Virus record (IMG/VR): IMGVR_UViG_3300028586_000020
Span: 15,149 to 79,148 of that record
From: a virus
Lineage: Duplodnaviria; Caudoviricetes
Reading direction: 5' to 3' (one strand)
Length of the DNA stretch: 64,000 nucleotides
Shown here: positions 27,528 to 38,544 of the stretch, in pieces
Layout of the letters: the number at the start of each line of letters is the position of its first letter
Numbering within the stretch: position 1 is the stretch's first letter
Notes under the pieces: model-generated
Seen by the model: only the letters and a program-made list of their open reading frames with translations
What the model was told of the DNA's origin: nothing
Database searches by the model: none
Position numbers and translations under genes: made by a program

Positions 27528-29513
27528 CTACTGTTTGTCAGTACCGCGATAGAACATCGACATCACCCGTGCTGGGAAGGTGTCGCCTAAGAAGCTGGCC
27601 ATGTGCGCCGGGCTTTTCCAGGTTTCATACGCGGTCATGGTGCGGGTTATGTTCAACTTTAACTTACGCATACCGTAGATCTGGTCATTCAAGGCCATAC
27701 CCGATAACACGGCCAGATAGTCCGAGAAATCGGTATCAGGAGTGAATGCTGCTCCCGTTAAGGTAGCCGCAGCCACTTGACCATTCTCACCTGCCAGTGC
27801 CGAACCCACCGCTTGCGCAATCCCTTGGCCGAAGCTAAAGTTTTCGCTAATGGGCATGTGGATGACTGAAGACATGTCGAGAATACTGAATGTTACGTCA
27901 ACCCCCAAGGCTTTGCCGTCTTGACCGAAACCAACGTTACCCGTGCCCCGTGTAATGCTCACCGAGTCAATCATCCCCAAACGTGTCTGGCAGCGACCTT
28001 GGTCGTACAGTTCCACCAAGAACGGGCTGGTGTACGATTGTGGGCCGGTGTCTTTGGGGAGCACCCCTGCCAGAATCATCGCAAGCGGAATGTCGATGTT
28101 CAGGATTTGGGAAATGGGATTACCGTAAGGCGATACCAAATTGATGGTGTAGGTAGAGCGTCCTAGTGTTGCAGACGAACTTTGCCAGTATTTCGGAATA
28201 TCCGTAAAAGCATTACCCGCCAATGTCGCCAAGCCAGACATCGACACCGAATCCAAGACACCGCTACCGAACGACATCACCGCATCTTTGACTTCCCCTA
28301 CCAACGATCCCAGCGGACCACCCACCAAATTACCTTGACCGAAGTCAAAGCGTTTGCTGCGCATATCGGCCGACATGCCGTTGACCCGAGACGAGAGATT
28401 CGATTCCCCGACCGAATTACTAAACGAGTCTTGAATGGGTCCAGTGGAGTTCACCCGGAACGAAGCAAATGCTGCGCCGTCGTCGAGCTCCGCTTGACCG
28501 AAGTTAATTAAGGAATCGATAAAACCTTGAGGTTTGTCTGTACCTTGTTGGAAGGTGTCTTCGACCGCTTCGGTATTGCTACCGCTATCGGACCCTTCTG
28601 TCTTTGCGGGTGCCGCATCGAACCACGCTTTGAGATACTCAGGCAAACTCGGCTCTTTGCTGCCTGCAACGGGTAATGGCGTCGACATGATTTCACGGGT
28701 GATCTTTTGCAGGTCCGTGATACCAAGTTTCTCGGCCGCCTCTAGGCGCGCTTCAAGCATTTTCATGCGCTGACGTTCCAAGCGTTTGGCCCGGTTCACC
28801 AATGCATACACGTCAATACTACCTTTCGGTCCAAAAATGGTCGGCATGTATTTGTGCATGATCGGACCAGCAGCGGCGCCCGTGTAACCTTCTTCCAGTA
28901 CTTCGCTTGCGTTGCCAAAGACACGCGGCACCACACCACGGTTGACCGCCATGTGGTTGACCATGGTGGTAACAGCGTTCCAATACAGCGGCATGGCTGG
29001 CTTAGAATAGTAGAACTTGGTGTGTGGTACTTTATTTAAGAACTTAATGGCTGCGCCCAGGAAGTGCACCATTAGCAGTTTCCATGATGCTAACTGCACC
29101 ACGAATCCGCCTACTTTTCCTAGCGCATAAAAGAACTGGTTACCCATGCGCCCTGTATTGGCAACTTGGGCTGCTGAGCTATTGTAAAAGCCCGTAAAGA
29201 AACGCGTTAGTGAATTGTGTTGCGCGATACCAAAGCGCAGGTGAATGATTTGCGCGTTGTCATCGAGGATTTCTTTGTAAGCCCGTCCTTTCCCGAGGCT
29301 ACCCGTTAAAGCGCCCTTGATACGAATGTCGGCAAAGCGACACCGGGATGCCGGCGGGTTGACGCAAGTGCTACCACCTGGACGTGTATCGGTATAATCG
29401 ATGACAGCGGACGTGTAGAAGCGCCGCTGAAAGTCTTGTGATTGGGGGTCAAGTTCGTCCTTCTTCACTAAGAAGGCACGACGCACCCATGAAGAGTCTG
29501 GTTTGACTGCCAT
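27528..29513 (-). CDS. Baseplate/tail-tip structural protein (phiKZ gp182-like position)
   Basis: 661-aa ORF directly downstream of the tape measure gene. The C-terminal part (LVSPYGN..SQILNI.IPL..ILAG.LP..TG.QSYTSPFLV..YDQGR....GMIDSVSITRG) resembles tube-initiator/hub proteins. Confidence 0.65.
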   Translation of the reverse strand: MAVKPDSSWVRRAFLVKKDELDPQSQDFQRRFYTSAVIDYTDTRPGGSTCVNPPASRCRFADIRIKGALTGSLGKGRAYKEILDDNAQIIHLRFGIAQHNSLTRFFTGFYNSSAAQVANTGRMGNQFFYALGKVGGFVVQLASWKLLMVHFLGAAIKFLNKVPHTKFYYSKPAMPLYWNAVTTMVNHMAVNRGVVPRVFGNASEVLEEGYTGAAAGPIMHKYMPTIFGPKGSIDVYALVNRAKRLERQRMKMLEARLEAAEKLGITDLQKITREIMSTPLPVAGSKEPSLPEYLKAWFDAAPAKTEGSDSGSNTEAVEDTFQQGTDKPQGFIDSLINFGQAELDDGAAFASFRVNSTGPIQDSFSNSVGESNLSSRVNGMSADMRSKRFDFGQGNLVGGPLGSLVGEVKDAVMSFGSGVLDSVSMSGLATLAGNAFTDIPKYWQSSSATLGRSTYTINLVSPYGNPISQILNIDIPLAMILAGVLPKDTGPQSYTSPFLVELYDQGRCQTRLGMIDSVSITRGTGNVGFGQDGKALGVDVTFSILDMSSVIHMPISENFSFGQGIAQAVGSALAGENGQVAAATLTGAAFTPDTDFSDYLAVLSGMALNDQIYGMRKLKLNITRTMTAYETWKSPAHMASFLGDTFPARVMSMFYRGTDKQ

Positions 29514-29524
29514 GAAACATCCTT

Positions 29525-29553
29525 AAAAAAGAAGAGGGGGCCGAAGCCCCCTC
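29525..29553 (-). terminator. Rho-independent terminator of the tape measure gene
   Basis: Minus strand GAGGGGGC-TTCG-GCCCCCTC followed by TTCTTTTTT. Confidence 0.85.
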
Positions 29554-29555
29554 GC

Positions 29556-32500
29556 TTAGCCGTACGGTCGCTGCGGACGCGCCACACTCACAGGCGCGCG
29601 AGGCAGTTCGCTATTACGGCGCTCTGCGGTTCTTGCGTCTTGCGAGGTTGGTGTCACGTTGGTGGGATCAGGTTGCATGCCTTTGACCAGCCCCGGCAAC
29701 TTCACCAGATTGTCACGAATCTCTTTCAGGACCACAACTGACTCGCGGTGTACTTTCAGCGAATCGGTCAAGATGGTATTCGTGCTTTCCATGTTCGCTG
29801 CCCGCGCATCGTTCTGCTGACGCGCGGTGCTCATCTGGTCTTGCGTTGACCGCGGCGGCATGAAGCCACCAGCCAACACACCAATCGGTACACCGTTGTT
29901 AGACGGAGCACTTGGCGTTGGTTGCGCCATCGGTGCAGCAGTAGGAGCCAATTTAGTATCGGTCGGTTTCGGCGGCGTTAATCCAACTGGAGCAACGGGG
30001 GTTTTCTCCGCATTCGCATCCTTAGGTTCCGGCGCAGCCGCTTTACTACCTGGTGGTGTAGGGGTCGTTGGGGCTGATGGCGTCACCATGCTTTCGCCAC
30101 CATCGTTAATCAACTTCCTTGCTTTACCTTGCAGACGACCGTTTAACAACTGGTACACCTGACCCACCGTTTGCGGCGTGCCATTCTTGGCGTAAAAGAT
30201 GCTGCGGTTAACGGCTGCGGCATCGGGCATCACCTGCGCTGCAATGGCGTTTGGATCGGCTGTCAAGAACTTCCTGGCGCCACCTGGTCCCAAGAAGTGT
30301 GAGAAGTAAATATCGGTATCGGTGATAGGTCGACCGAGTCTTCCTTCTAAGGCGTTCACACTTTCTTTGAGATACTCCGCACCCATTAATGCATTGGCAC
30401 GTGGATCAGTTGGTGGCGTACCTGGCGCAATACCGTATTTGGCGCCATGCTTTTTGAGCATGTAGTTCCAAGTATCTGTCACGAACTGGAACAAACCGGT
30501 AGCAGAACTGGTTTTGGCTTTAATGGTGTAATCAAAGCCTGACTCAATCGCCGCCATCGCCGCCATCAACTTGCCATCCACCCCCACCATCTGCGCTGCA
30601 CCCAAAATGGTGTCTTTCAGGGCAGACCAGGATTTATTGCCTTTTGGCAGAGGGATAGAATTGATATCGCCACCCGTACCACGACCCGGATGAGTCATGG
30701 CGTTGCCGCCCGACATACTGCTTGGCACAGTCGCCCCGTAAGGATTGTTGCCCACTTGTGGTGTGGTTGGGGCGGTGGCAGGCGCACTCGACGACCCACC
30801 AAAGAAACTCTTGGTGCGGTCCCAGAAACTACTCAACCCACCCATGATGCCGCCAGGCTTTGCAGCTTGTCCTGGGTTTTCGGTATTCGCAGCACTCTTG
30901 CCTGCGGTAGGCTGGTTAGCGCCTTTGCCATTGGGTTCAACCAACACGGCTGTTTTGGACATGTCTTTCAAGCCTTGCATGTTACCGTCAGTCGAACGCA
31001 CATCGCTGTTAAGCTCGTAGTCCGCCCACGGCGACACACTGACATTCCAAACACTACCACTCATGCTGCTGGTGGTATAGAGCGCGGTGGCCACGTCAAC
31101 AGCCTGCGCCGCCTTCAGCGCAATCTTACCGTCTTCCGGTTTCTCTTTACCGGTCTGCGCTTTCATCAAGGTCGCGTAGTTCAAGAACACCGGCAAGAAC
31201 CGTTGGTTGAACCAGCTGATCCAGTTAGCTGTCATGTTGTCGTTCGAGGAATCAACCCCAAACGCTGGGCCGTTATCCAGCAAGACTTGCTCTACCGAAC
31301 CAGACCAACTTGCCACATCCTTGTTATAGATCAGTTTGGGTGCCAAATACGTTTCCAGGGCTTTCAAGGCTTTCACCTTGTCCACTTCCATTTTGACCAG
31401 ACCGTAGGTTTTCAGACGCACCACATCCACGCCATCTAACCGGTCCACACCCAAGCTGTTCAGAATGGTGGACGACCCTGCTGCCATGACTTGGGCGCCC
31501 TTGGCTGGCATGGCCGATGCTGGCGCAGTGGCTGCTGCCAGCGCTTTCGCGCTCACCGCCTTACCACCCGCAGTACCAGCGGGGGCTTTGTTGGCCCCGG
31601 AGACTGCCGCGCCTGCTGCTACCGCTCCCGCAGCCACCCCAGCGACTTTGGCTTTGTCGTCAGGTGCCTTCTTCTTCAGCTCCATGTCAGCGATCTGAAT
31701 GATGGCTTTGACATCACCCCCACCACTTGGCAGTTTCTTCAAGTCTTTAAATGGCGAAGTATCCACACTGTACGGTCCTTCTGGGAATCGTACCAAGTTC
31801 AAATACTTCAACGCAGTTGGCGCTTCGAGGTTATCGACATCACTTAACCATTTATCACCAGCAGTAGCTTTCAGTGCCGTGACGTGGGTCAAGAAGACAG
31901 GGCGGAAACGGGTGGCGAACCATTGAAGCCAGTTGTTCATGGCTTCCGCGTCTTTCTCTTCTACATCAAAATCTTTGAAGAGAGACGTTGGGTCGACCCG
32001 CTTCGGATCAAGCTTAGCCCCTTCTTTGCCGTAGATAATGGCGTCTTTGAGTTTGTCTTCCAGACCAAACACGGTGGCCAGATGGTCTTTGTCAGTTGGT
32101 GCAAAACCATACTGCACGTAACGCACCCGTGAGAGCAGACCGAGTGTCTTACGGGTATAGAGACGGTACGCCCCATAAGCCAATGCGCCCACCACCAACG
32201 CTCCAATTACCACCGGCGAAGCCAGCACGCCAGCGACGGCAGTACCCGCAGCGAGCAACGCACCACCAACAGCAGTAGCGCCCGCAGCGATGGCACCACC
32301 TGCGCCTGCCAAAGCACCACTGCCAATACCCAAACCACCCATACTCAACGCCGCCGCGCCCAAGCGCAGTCCCCACTTACCTGCGGTTTTGGCAGCGCCC
32401 CAACCTTGCTTACCGAGGAACTTGGCTTTGCCTTTCCAACCTTGAGAGGTAGCCCAGCTACCGCCAGGTCGACGGGCTAAGCGACGCTTACGGCGCGCAT

Positions 32501-35500
32501 CGCGGGACTTGTCCTTGTCCTTGTCCCCGCCTTCGACGTTGATGATGTTGCCATCTTCATCGGTCTCTTCTTCTTTCCCACGCAGCTTGTTCCAGAGCGA
32601 CATGGCGCCGCCTTTGAGACCCGAACCGACACCAGGTTTGTTTTGGGCAGCCGCTTTCTCCGCTTCTGCTTTCTGTTTCATCTGGTCTTCGTAACTGCCG
32701 TCACGGTCACCATCGCCGTCACTGTCGAGTGCGCCCAAGTTCTTACGCTTAGGTAGGCGCTCTTTGAGCAAGTCACGAATCTCTTTCAGATACGACGTTT
32801 GCTCTGTTTGAAGCGCAACTGCTTTCTTCGTGATTTCAGCTGACGGACCTTGTTTGAACGGATTCTTACCCCGCAAAATGTCAAGCGTTCCGCCACTCAA
32901 ACCGATCGCAGCGTTCACCCCTTTCTTGCCGAGTTTCCACCCACCTTTGATCAAACCCACACCAGCGTCGTTGACCAGCTTACCGGCCTTCCACGCCAAC
33001 TTCGCCACACGCTTCACGTTACCAAAAGCGAAGTTCCATAGTTTCGAGAAACCAGTACGGATGGGTTTGTTGTTCTTGTCCACCAATCCCTTGCGCAGAT
33101 CGTCGTGGGTCAGAACGGTTTCGTCACCTGACAACACTGGACCGTCAATTTGCGAAGGACGCTTGATGATGTTGCCAGTTACTGCGGAATGGTAACCACC
33201 AGCACGCATCACCCGCGCCGTCATGGCGGGACTATCGAGACGGTCTTTGATGAAGATGTCTTGGGCCATGTCGAGCAGACCCCACGCTTTCTTAGCCACC
33301 CAGAAGGCTGCTTTAAAGACGGGCGGAATACCAGCGGTCATCGTGCCAAAGATCTTCTTACCGATCCCGTACGCGCCTTTGATACCAGCACCCAATGCTT
33401 TCAGACTCTTCTTAACGGGACCGACTTTCTGCCAAGCGTGTTCGATTTCATCCGCGCTTAACACAACGATCTCTTCACCGTTTTTGTCTTTGCGCATCAC
33501 ATCGCCAACGATGTCTTTCAAACGCCGAATTGGTTTCCCACTTTCTTTGTCAAAGTAGACATTGCCTTCTTGTAGCATGCGACCGAAAAGACGTGGCTTA
33601 CGTTCGTTACCAACGTAGATATCGACAAAGCCACGGGCACGGCGGTATTGGGACGATGCAGCAAAACCCAACCCATCACCCACCAGACCTGCGGTGCCTT
33701 TGATCGCACCCCAACCCAGTCGAGCAGAACCACCGACAAGACCATTGACCGCGCCAGCTGCCAAGCGCACCGACCCGGTAGCCAAACCAAAGCCGCCTTT
33801 GACAACATCAGTCAAACGCATGTTCAATTTTGACAAACCACGACGTGTAGCACCACCCACCCGACGAAGAGAACCGCGCAGACGTCCTTCGGGCACACCA
33901 CCCGTCGTGATGATACCATCTTCTAAACGATCATGGATCGCAGTTAAGATGTCTTTGATTTCTGCGAGGATACCTTTGTCACGCTCACCGTCACCCCGCC
34001 CTGCATTACGACGACGCATTTCTTCGGTCGCGTTTTGGATGTTGGCGTGAAGCGCGCCGCCAACGGTACGCACTTGGTTGCGCGCATCGCCGTAAGCTGC
34101 TCCGGCCCGATTACGCATGGCATCCATCCGGTTACGCATTTGTTCACGGAACGCGTCACTGTGCAGATGGTCGTAAGCGCCGCTAGCACGGCTTTGCAGT
34201 TGCCCCCAGCGGTTACGCAGCATATCGCCCAGGTCACCCATGCTAGGACGATTACCCCACAGCTCTCGGGCTTGTTGCCCGTAATCGCCCATCATCTCTT
34301 GCGCTTGGTCGATCTGTGGTTGATAACGTTGACGCAGGCGACCAGCTTGTACAACAGCTTGACGTTGCAAACGTTTAGCCTGTCGCTGGGCTTGCTTACG
34401 GGCCTCGTCGAGTTGTGCTTGGTGTTGTCGACGCAAGCGTTCTGTAGCCACCAAGGTTTGCCGTTGTAGACGACGGGCGCCACGGGTGGATGCGCCAGCC
34501 ACACTACCCGCACCACTGATCAAACGGTCCAACGTCGAAGGACCGCCCTGACCGCCTGGCTGACCCATTTGCGCTTGCATGGCAATCAAGATATCTTTGA
34601 TGTCCGACACCAACGGTTTAGTGTTTTGCAGTTCGATCAGTTCAATCAGCCGTTTAATTTCTTCTGCCACAGTCGAACCAGACGCAGTATCATTCGCCGC
34701 TGGCAACAGTGGAATTTGAACCGGTGGTAATTGCGCGCCGCCGCCGCCGAGATGTCGTAAGCCACCCGCAGCGTAATTGCCTTTGGCGTTATATTGCGTA
34801 CCGCCGAAGTAACGCTGTACCCGTTCCATGTCGATTTGACGCGAGCCTGGTTTTAAGAGGCCCATGTCTTCTAACATGTCACGTGGATACACGTCGAGCA
34901 GATCTTGGATTTCGTTTTGACGGGTAGCGGACGAACGTCCCATGTTGCGGAACTTACCAGCAAAGTCGTTTTCCAGATTACCTTCGGCTGCCTTGTTCTT
35001 TTCTGCCAAGGCTTGGAAGAGTTTGGCAAACTTCTTCCCGTTCTTCGAACCGTTGAAGTTACCCTCATTGAGGTAATTGGAAATCTTCCCGGTCTGATAA
35101 CCAACGCGCCCACCCATGTTGTCATTCATGAGTAACTGGGCCAACTCTTCCCGTTGTTTGGCGTTGAGCTTTTTACCGGTTGGATCGAGCATTTCCAACA
35201 TCGTGTTCTTTTCCCGCGCTACACCGTCACGCGAGGTCTTATCGAACAAGCGTTCAAACACCGCTTTGCGCAGTGCCTTGGTTGAGGTGAACGAACCGCG
35301 GGTAAAGTCGTACTGCGTCAAGTCAATCGACGTATCACCCGTGCGGGTAATTTGCAGCTCTTGGTAAATGCGGGCCAAGTAGCCTGGAATGACTTCGACT
35401 AACGACTTGTGGGCTTGGTTACTGAACTGGGTCGGAGCGTAGAGGTCAGCAATGCCTTTCTCTTTCACCGTGGTGTCCGTGGCGTTAGCACGGCGCACCG

Positions 35501-36845
35501 TACCTTTGAGCAGATCGGTCAAGGGGTTGCCAACGAAGCCGGCCGCTTTACTCAAGAAACTCTTTAACCCATCTGGCAAGCGGCTGTTGTCGAGCGCATC
35601 CCGGACCGAGTCTTCCACGTTCGTGTGACGGTTAGACCAATCGGTGGCGATCTGCGGCGCATTCTCACTGAAATGCTGAAGGCGGTTCCCAACCCGGCGC
35701 ACCGTTTTACCGGCTTGACCATTGGAACCCATGAGCTTCTTGCCTACCTTCGAGCCTGCCAGACCACCTAACCACTGGGTTGTTTGCGAGCCGACGATAT
35801 TACCTGCGGTACGGAACCGGTCCATCCCCATCTCTTCGGCCATCTGCGCCGAGTCAGCCGCCATCTCTAAACCACTGATCCCGTCACGCATGCCGCCAGC
35901 AAAAGTGCGTAAGCTTCCCATGGCTTGTTCACGGAATGCTTTGCCCAGATTTTGCATGAAGTTTGCGCGCTGGCCAAAGATGCCGTCTTGCAAGCCATTC
36001 ATGACACGGTTACGCAACATGTCCTTGAACTTCTCGGACGTCGTCATCTTCAGCAAGTCGGGCAGGGAAGTATTACGCAAGATCCCGGCCATCATTTCGC
36101 TGGAGCGTACATTGTTGCGTTTGGTCTCGTTGAGTAAGTCGAGCGTAACGTAATACTGGCGCGCTTGCAGTTCCAGAGATTTCTTATGGAAGCTGTATTC
36201 AATCCGGCGCTGGTAAGAAGCCATCGACACAACACTACGACGAATGCCATCTAACTGTGCCTGGCTGTCGTTGTGGCGGTTATTCGCTACCGTATCTCGA
36301 ATTGCTTCACGAACATCATTCTTCGCTTCTTGACGGGCGTTATCTTGAGCGTTGTATTTGAACGTCTCCGTCATGAGGGCAGCAACAGCCATGTCTGTGG
36401 CATTGTTGGCACCAATGCCGAGTTCGGGTTTATCGCGGTACTTGTCTGCGAAACCCTTCAGCACTTTCTCAGCCGACTTAGGCACATACTTGCTCGATGC
36501 CGGCATCATTTTGTCGATCATTCGACCGACATCTTTGAACAATGGCTTGGTTTCCTTCTGGCCTTCATTGTATAGCTCACGGACGGACGTCGCCCCTTGA
36601 TCAGCCAGATCAACGATATTCCCGAAGCCGCGCGGTAGCGCTTTCTTGATGAATTCACGGAAGAACGAAGGGCTTTTCAGCGTGTCCTTCGCGCCTTCCC
36701 ATGCGCCTCCACCGATTCGTTCGATGGCTTCGCGCTTATTCTTGGGTGGCTTTGGCTCCAAACTGAATTCTTCGAAATCGTCGAATTCACTGCCAAAGTC
36801 ATAATCGTCCAGATTAAGCTGTTTATTGCTTTCTGATTTCGCCAT
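29556..36845 (-). CDS. Tail tape measure protein with C-terminal lytic transglycosylase domain (phiKZ gp181-like)
   Basis: 2429 aa, helical. SLT motifs AMAAIESGF...SSATGLFQFVTDTW...ANALMGAEYL...YFSHFLGPGGA. Hydrophobic Gly/Ala segment near the middle. Confidence 0.92.
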   Translation of the reverse strand: MAKSESNKQLNLDDYDFGSEFDDFEEFSLEPKPPKNKREAIERIGGGAWEGAKDTLKSPSFFREFIKKALPRGFGNIVDLADQGATSVRELYNEGQKETKPLFKDVGRMIDKMMPASSKYVPKSAEKVLKGFADKYRDKPELGIGANNATDMAVAALMTETFKYNAQDNARQEAKNDVREAIRDTVANNRHNDSQAQLDGIRRSVVSMASYQRRIEYSFHKKSLELQARQYYVTLDLLNETKRNNVRSSEMMAGILRNTSLPDLLKMTTSEKFKDMLRNRVMNGLQDGIFGQRANFMQNLGKAFREQAMGSLRTFAGGMRDGISGLEMAADSAQMAEEMGMDRFRTAGNIVGSQTTQWLGGLAGSKVGKKLMGSNGQAGKTVRRVGNRLQHFSENAPQIATDWSNRHTNVEDSVRDALDNSRLPDGLKSFLSKAAGFVGNPLTDLLKGTVRRANATDTTVKEKGIADLYAPTQFSNQAHKSLVEVIPGYLARIYQELQITRTGDTSIDLTQYDFTRGSFTSTKALRKAVFERLFDKTSRDGVAREKNTMLEMLDPTGKKLNAKQREELAQLLMNDNMGGRVGYQTGKISNYLNEGNFNGSKNGKKFAKLFQALAEKNKAAEGNLENDFAGKFRNMGRSSATRQNEIQDLLDVYPRDMLEDMGLLKPGSRQIDMERVQRYFGGTQYNAKGNYAAGGLRHLGGGGAQLPPVQIPLLPAANDTASGSTVAEEIKRLIELIELQNTKPLVSDIKDILIAMQAQMGQPGGQGGPSTLDRLISGAGSVAGASTRGARRLQRQTLVATERLRRQHQAQLDEARKQAQRQAKRLQRQAVVQAGRLRQRYQPQIDQAQEMMGDYGQQARELWGNRPSMGDLGDMLRNRWGQLQSRASGAYDHLHSDAFREQMRNRMDAMRNRAGAAYGDARNQVRTVGGALHANIQNATEEMRRRNAGRGDGERDKGILAEIKDILTAIHDRLEDGIITTGGVPEGRLRGSLRRVGGATRRGLSKLNMRLTDVVKGGFGLATGSVRLAAGAVNGLVGGSARLGWGAIKGTAGLVGDGLGFAASSQYRRARGFVDIYVGNERKPRLFGRMLQEGNVYFDKESGKPIRRLKDIVGDVMRKDKNGEEIVVLSADEIEHAWQKVGPVKKSLKALGAGIKGAYGIGKKIFGTMTAGIPPVFKAAFWVAKKAWGLLDMAQDIFIKDRLDSPAMTARVMRAGGYHSAVTGNIIKRPSQIDGPVLSGDETVLTHDDLRKGLVDKNNKPIRTGFSKLWNFAFGNVKRVAKLAWKAGKLVNDAGVGLIKGGWKLGKKGVNAAIGLSGGTLDILRGKNPFKQGPSAEITKKAVALQTEQTSYLKEIRDLLKERLPKRKNLGALDSDGDGDRDGSYEDQMKQKAEAEKAAAQNKPGVGSGLKGGAMSLWNKLRGKEEETDEDGNIINVEGGDKDKDKSRDARRKRRLARRPGGSWATSQGWKGKAKFLGKQGWGAAKTAGKWGLRLGAAALSMGGLGIGSGALAGAGGAIAAGATAVGGALLAAGTAVAGVLASPVVIGALVVGALAYGAYRLYTRKTLGLLSRVRYVQYGFAPTDKDHLATVFGLEDKLKDAIIYGKEGAKLDPKRVDPTSLFKDFDVEEKDAEAMNNWLQWFATRFRPVFLTHVTALKATAGDKWLSDVDNLEAPTALKYLNLVRFPEGPYSVDTSPFKDLKKLPSGGGDVKAIIQIADMELKKKAPDDKAKVAGVAAGAVAAGAAVSGANKAPAGTAGGKAVSAKALAAATAPASAMPAKGAQVMAAGSSTILNSLGVDRLDGVDVVRLKTYGLVKMEVDKVKALKALETYLAPKLIYNKDVASWSGSVEQVLLDNGPAFGVDSSNDNMTANWISWFNQRFLPVFLNYATLMKAQTGKEKPEDGKIALKAAQAVDVATALYTTSSMSGSVWNVSVSPWADYELNSDVRSTDGNMQGLKDMSKTAVLVEPNGKGANQPTAGKSAANTENPGQAAKPGGIMGGLSSFWDRTKSFFGGSSSAPATAPTTPQVGNNPYGATVPSSMSGGNAMTHPGRGTGGDINSIPLPKGNKSWSALKDTILGAAQMVGVDGKLMAAMAAIESGFDYTIKAKTSSATGLFQFVTDTWNYMLKKHGAKYGIAPGTPPTDPRANALMGAEYLKESVNALEGRLGRPITDTDIYFSHFLGPGGARKFLTADPNAIAAQVMPDAAAVNRSIFYAKNGTPQTVGQVYQLLNGRLQGKARKLINDGGESMVTPSAPTTPTPPGSKAAAPEPKDANAEKTPVAPVGLTPPKPTDTKLAPTAAPMAQPTPSAPSNNGVPIGVLAGGFMPPRSTQDQMSTARQQNDARAANMESTNTILTDSLKVHRESVVVLKEIRDNLVKLPGLVKGMQPDPTNVTPTSQDARTAERRNSELPRAPVSVARPQRPYG

Positions 36846-36919
36846 GACGTCTTACTCCTAATTAGTATACTCGCCTCTTACCTTGAGGCTTCATAGTTTT
36901 AGATCAACAAGGACCTAGC

Positions 36920-38539
36920 ATGCAACGTTCGATGCTGCCGTTTAATGTGTCGCTTTTGCACATGACTCCTGCGAAGTTGGCTGGTTTAGCGCCAATCACG
37001 TCGCTGTCGATGTATGAAGGCATTACCAACATCTTCCATCCAGAAGGATTATTTTCGACCAAGATCTTCGGCCGTGTGGGTGATGATATCCGCGCCCGTC
37101 GTTATGCGTACATCGATATCAAAGTGTCGGTGTTCCATCCCGTCATCTACAGTACCCTGTTGTCGCTCAAGCGTCTTTATGGCGGCATCATGTCTGGTCA
37201 AGAGTATGCTGTCTGGAACCCCGAGAAGAAAGACTTCGATCGTTCCGATGTCATGAATGGCGAGACCGGCTACCATTTCTTCATGACGTATTGGGACAAA
37301 ATCGAATTCACCAAAACCAATAGCGACAAACGTGACATCGCGATCCAGCTCATTGAAAAGTATAAGAAGGAAGCGACAACGACCAAGATCGTGGTGTTGC
37401 CTGCCGGTCTTCGCGACGTTGAGATTGGTGGTGACGGCCGTCCTCGCGAAGATGAAATCAATCCGTTGTACCGTCAGTTGCTGGGCGTGGCCAACACCCT
37501 GTCAGATATTGCGATCCGCTCCACCCCGGAGTTGATCGATCGGGCCCGCTTTAAACTTCAAACTACTTTCGTCAATATTTACGAAATGTTTGAACGCCTG
37601 ATCTACGGCAAGAACAAACTGATCCAAGGCAAGTGGGCTAGCCGCCGCATCATGAACGGCACTGGTAACGTCATTACTGCGTTGCCAGTAGAAACGCCTT
37701 ACTTGGGCGCCGAAGGGGCTGTAGGGTTTAATGATACTGCCATTGGTTTATTCCAACTAATCAAAGGCGTGTTGCCAATTGCGCTCTACAAACTCAAGCA
37801 TGGTTGGTTGCGCCAGGTGTTTCCCGACTACAGTCTGCCAGCGATCTTGGTCAACAAGAAAACGCTCAAAGCTGAACCGGTAACATTAAAGACGGAATAC
37901 TACGATCGTTTCCAAACCAACGAAGGCTTAGAGAAAGTCGTCAATGCTTTCCGAGAAGAGTCGATCCGTGATCAGCCCATGGAAATCGAAGGCTACTACG
38001 TTGGCTTGATTTACAAAGGACCGGACGACACGTTCAAGATCTTTAACGACATTGACGAGTTGCCTCCCAACCGTAACCGCGCCGACGTTTATCCATTAAC
38101 GTTTTGTGAACTGGTGTATTTATCAGGCTACCGCGTCTGGAATACCTATCCGGCCACTGTGACGCGTTACCCTGTTACGGGGGTGGGATCGATCTATCCG
38201 ACGAATCTGTACGTGCGCACCACCACAGTAGCCGAGCGTCGTAAAGAACTCGGCCGTAACTGGGAACCACTTGACGACAGTTACACTGCCCTAGAATTTC
38301 CGATTCCTGGTCCGTACATGAAATCGATGTCGCCGCATCCGACTAAACTGGCCAAGCTTGACGCCGACTTCGATGGTGACATGATGAACTGTAACATCGT
38401 GTATTCAGAAGAAGCAATCGAAGAAGTGAAAAATTACTTCACGAAACGGCGCGCGTATGTCGGCACCAATGGCGAATTCATTTCTAGTACCGCAGTCCAT
38501 ACCGCCAATCTCGTCCTCCACAATCTCACAGGTGATTAA
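36920..38539 (+). CDS. rpoC: Virion RNA polymerase beta-prime subunit, catalytic fragment (phiKZ gp180-like)
   Basis: GLFSTKIFGRVG, VVLPAGLRD, RRIMNGTGNVI, RYP, and catalytic DADFDGDMMN. Confidence 0.95.
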   Translation: MQRSMLPFNVSLLHMTPAKLAGLAPITSLSMYEGITNIFHPEGLFSTKIFGRVGDDIRARRYAYIDIKVSVFHPVIYSTLLSLKRLYGGIMSGQEYAVWNPEKKDFDRSDVMNGETGYHFFMTYWDKIEFTKTNSDKRDIAIQLIEKYKKEATTTKIVVLPAGLRDVEIGGDGRPREDEINPLYRQLLGVANTLSDIAIRSTPELIDRARFKLQTTFVNIYEMFERLIYGKNKLIQGKWASRRIMNGTGNVITALPVETPYLGAEGAVGFNDTAIGLFQLIKGVLPIALYKLKHGWLRQVFPDYSLPAILVNKKTLKAEPVTLKTEYYDRFQTNEGLEKVVNAFREESIRDQPMEIEGYYVGLIYKGPDDTFKIFNDIDELPPNRNRADVYPLTFCELVYLSGYRVWNTYPATVTRYPVTGVGSIYPTNLYVRTTTVAERRKELGRNWEPLDDSYTALEFPIPGPYMKSMSPHPTKLAKLDADFDGDMMNCNIVYSEEAIEEVKNYFTKRRAYVGTNGEFISSTAVHTANLVLHNLTGD

Positions 38540-38544
38540 GCTTT

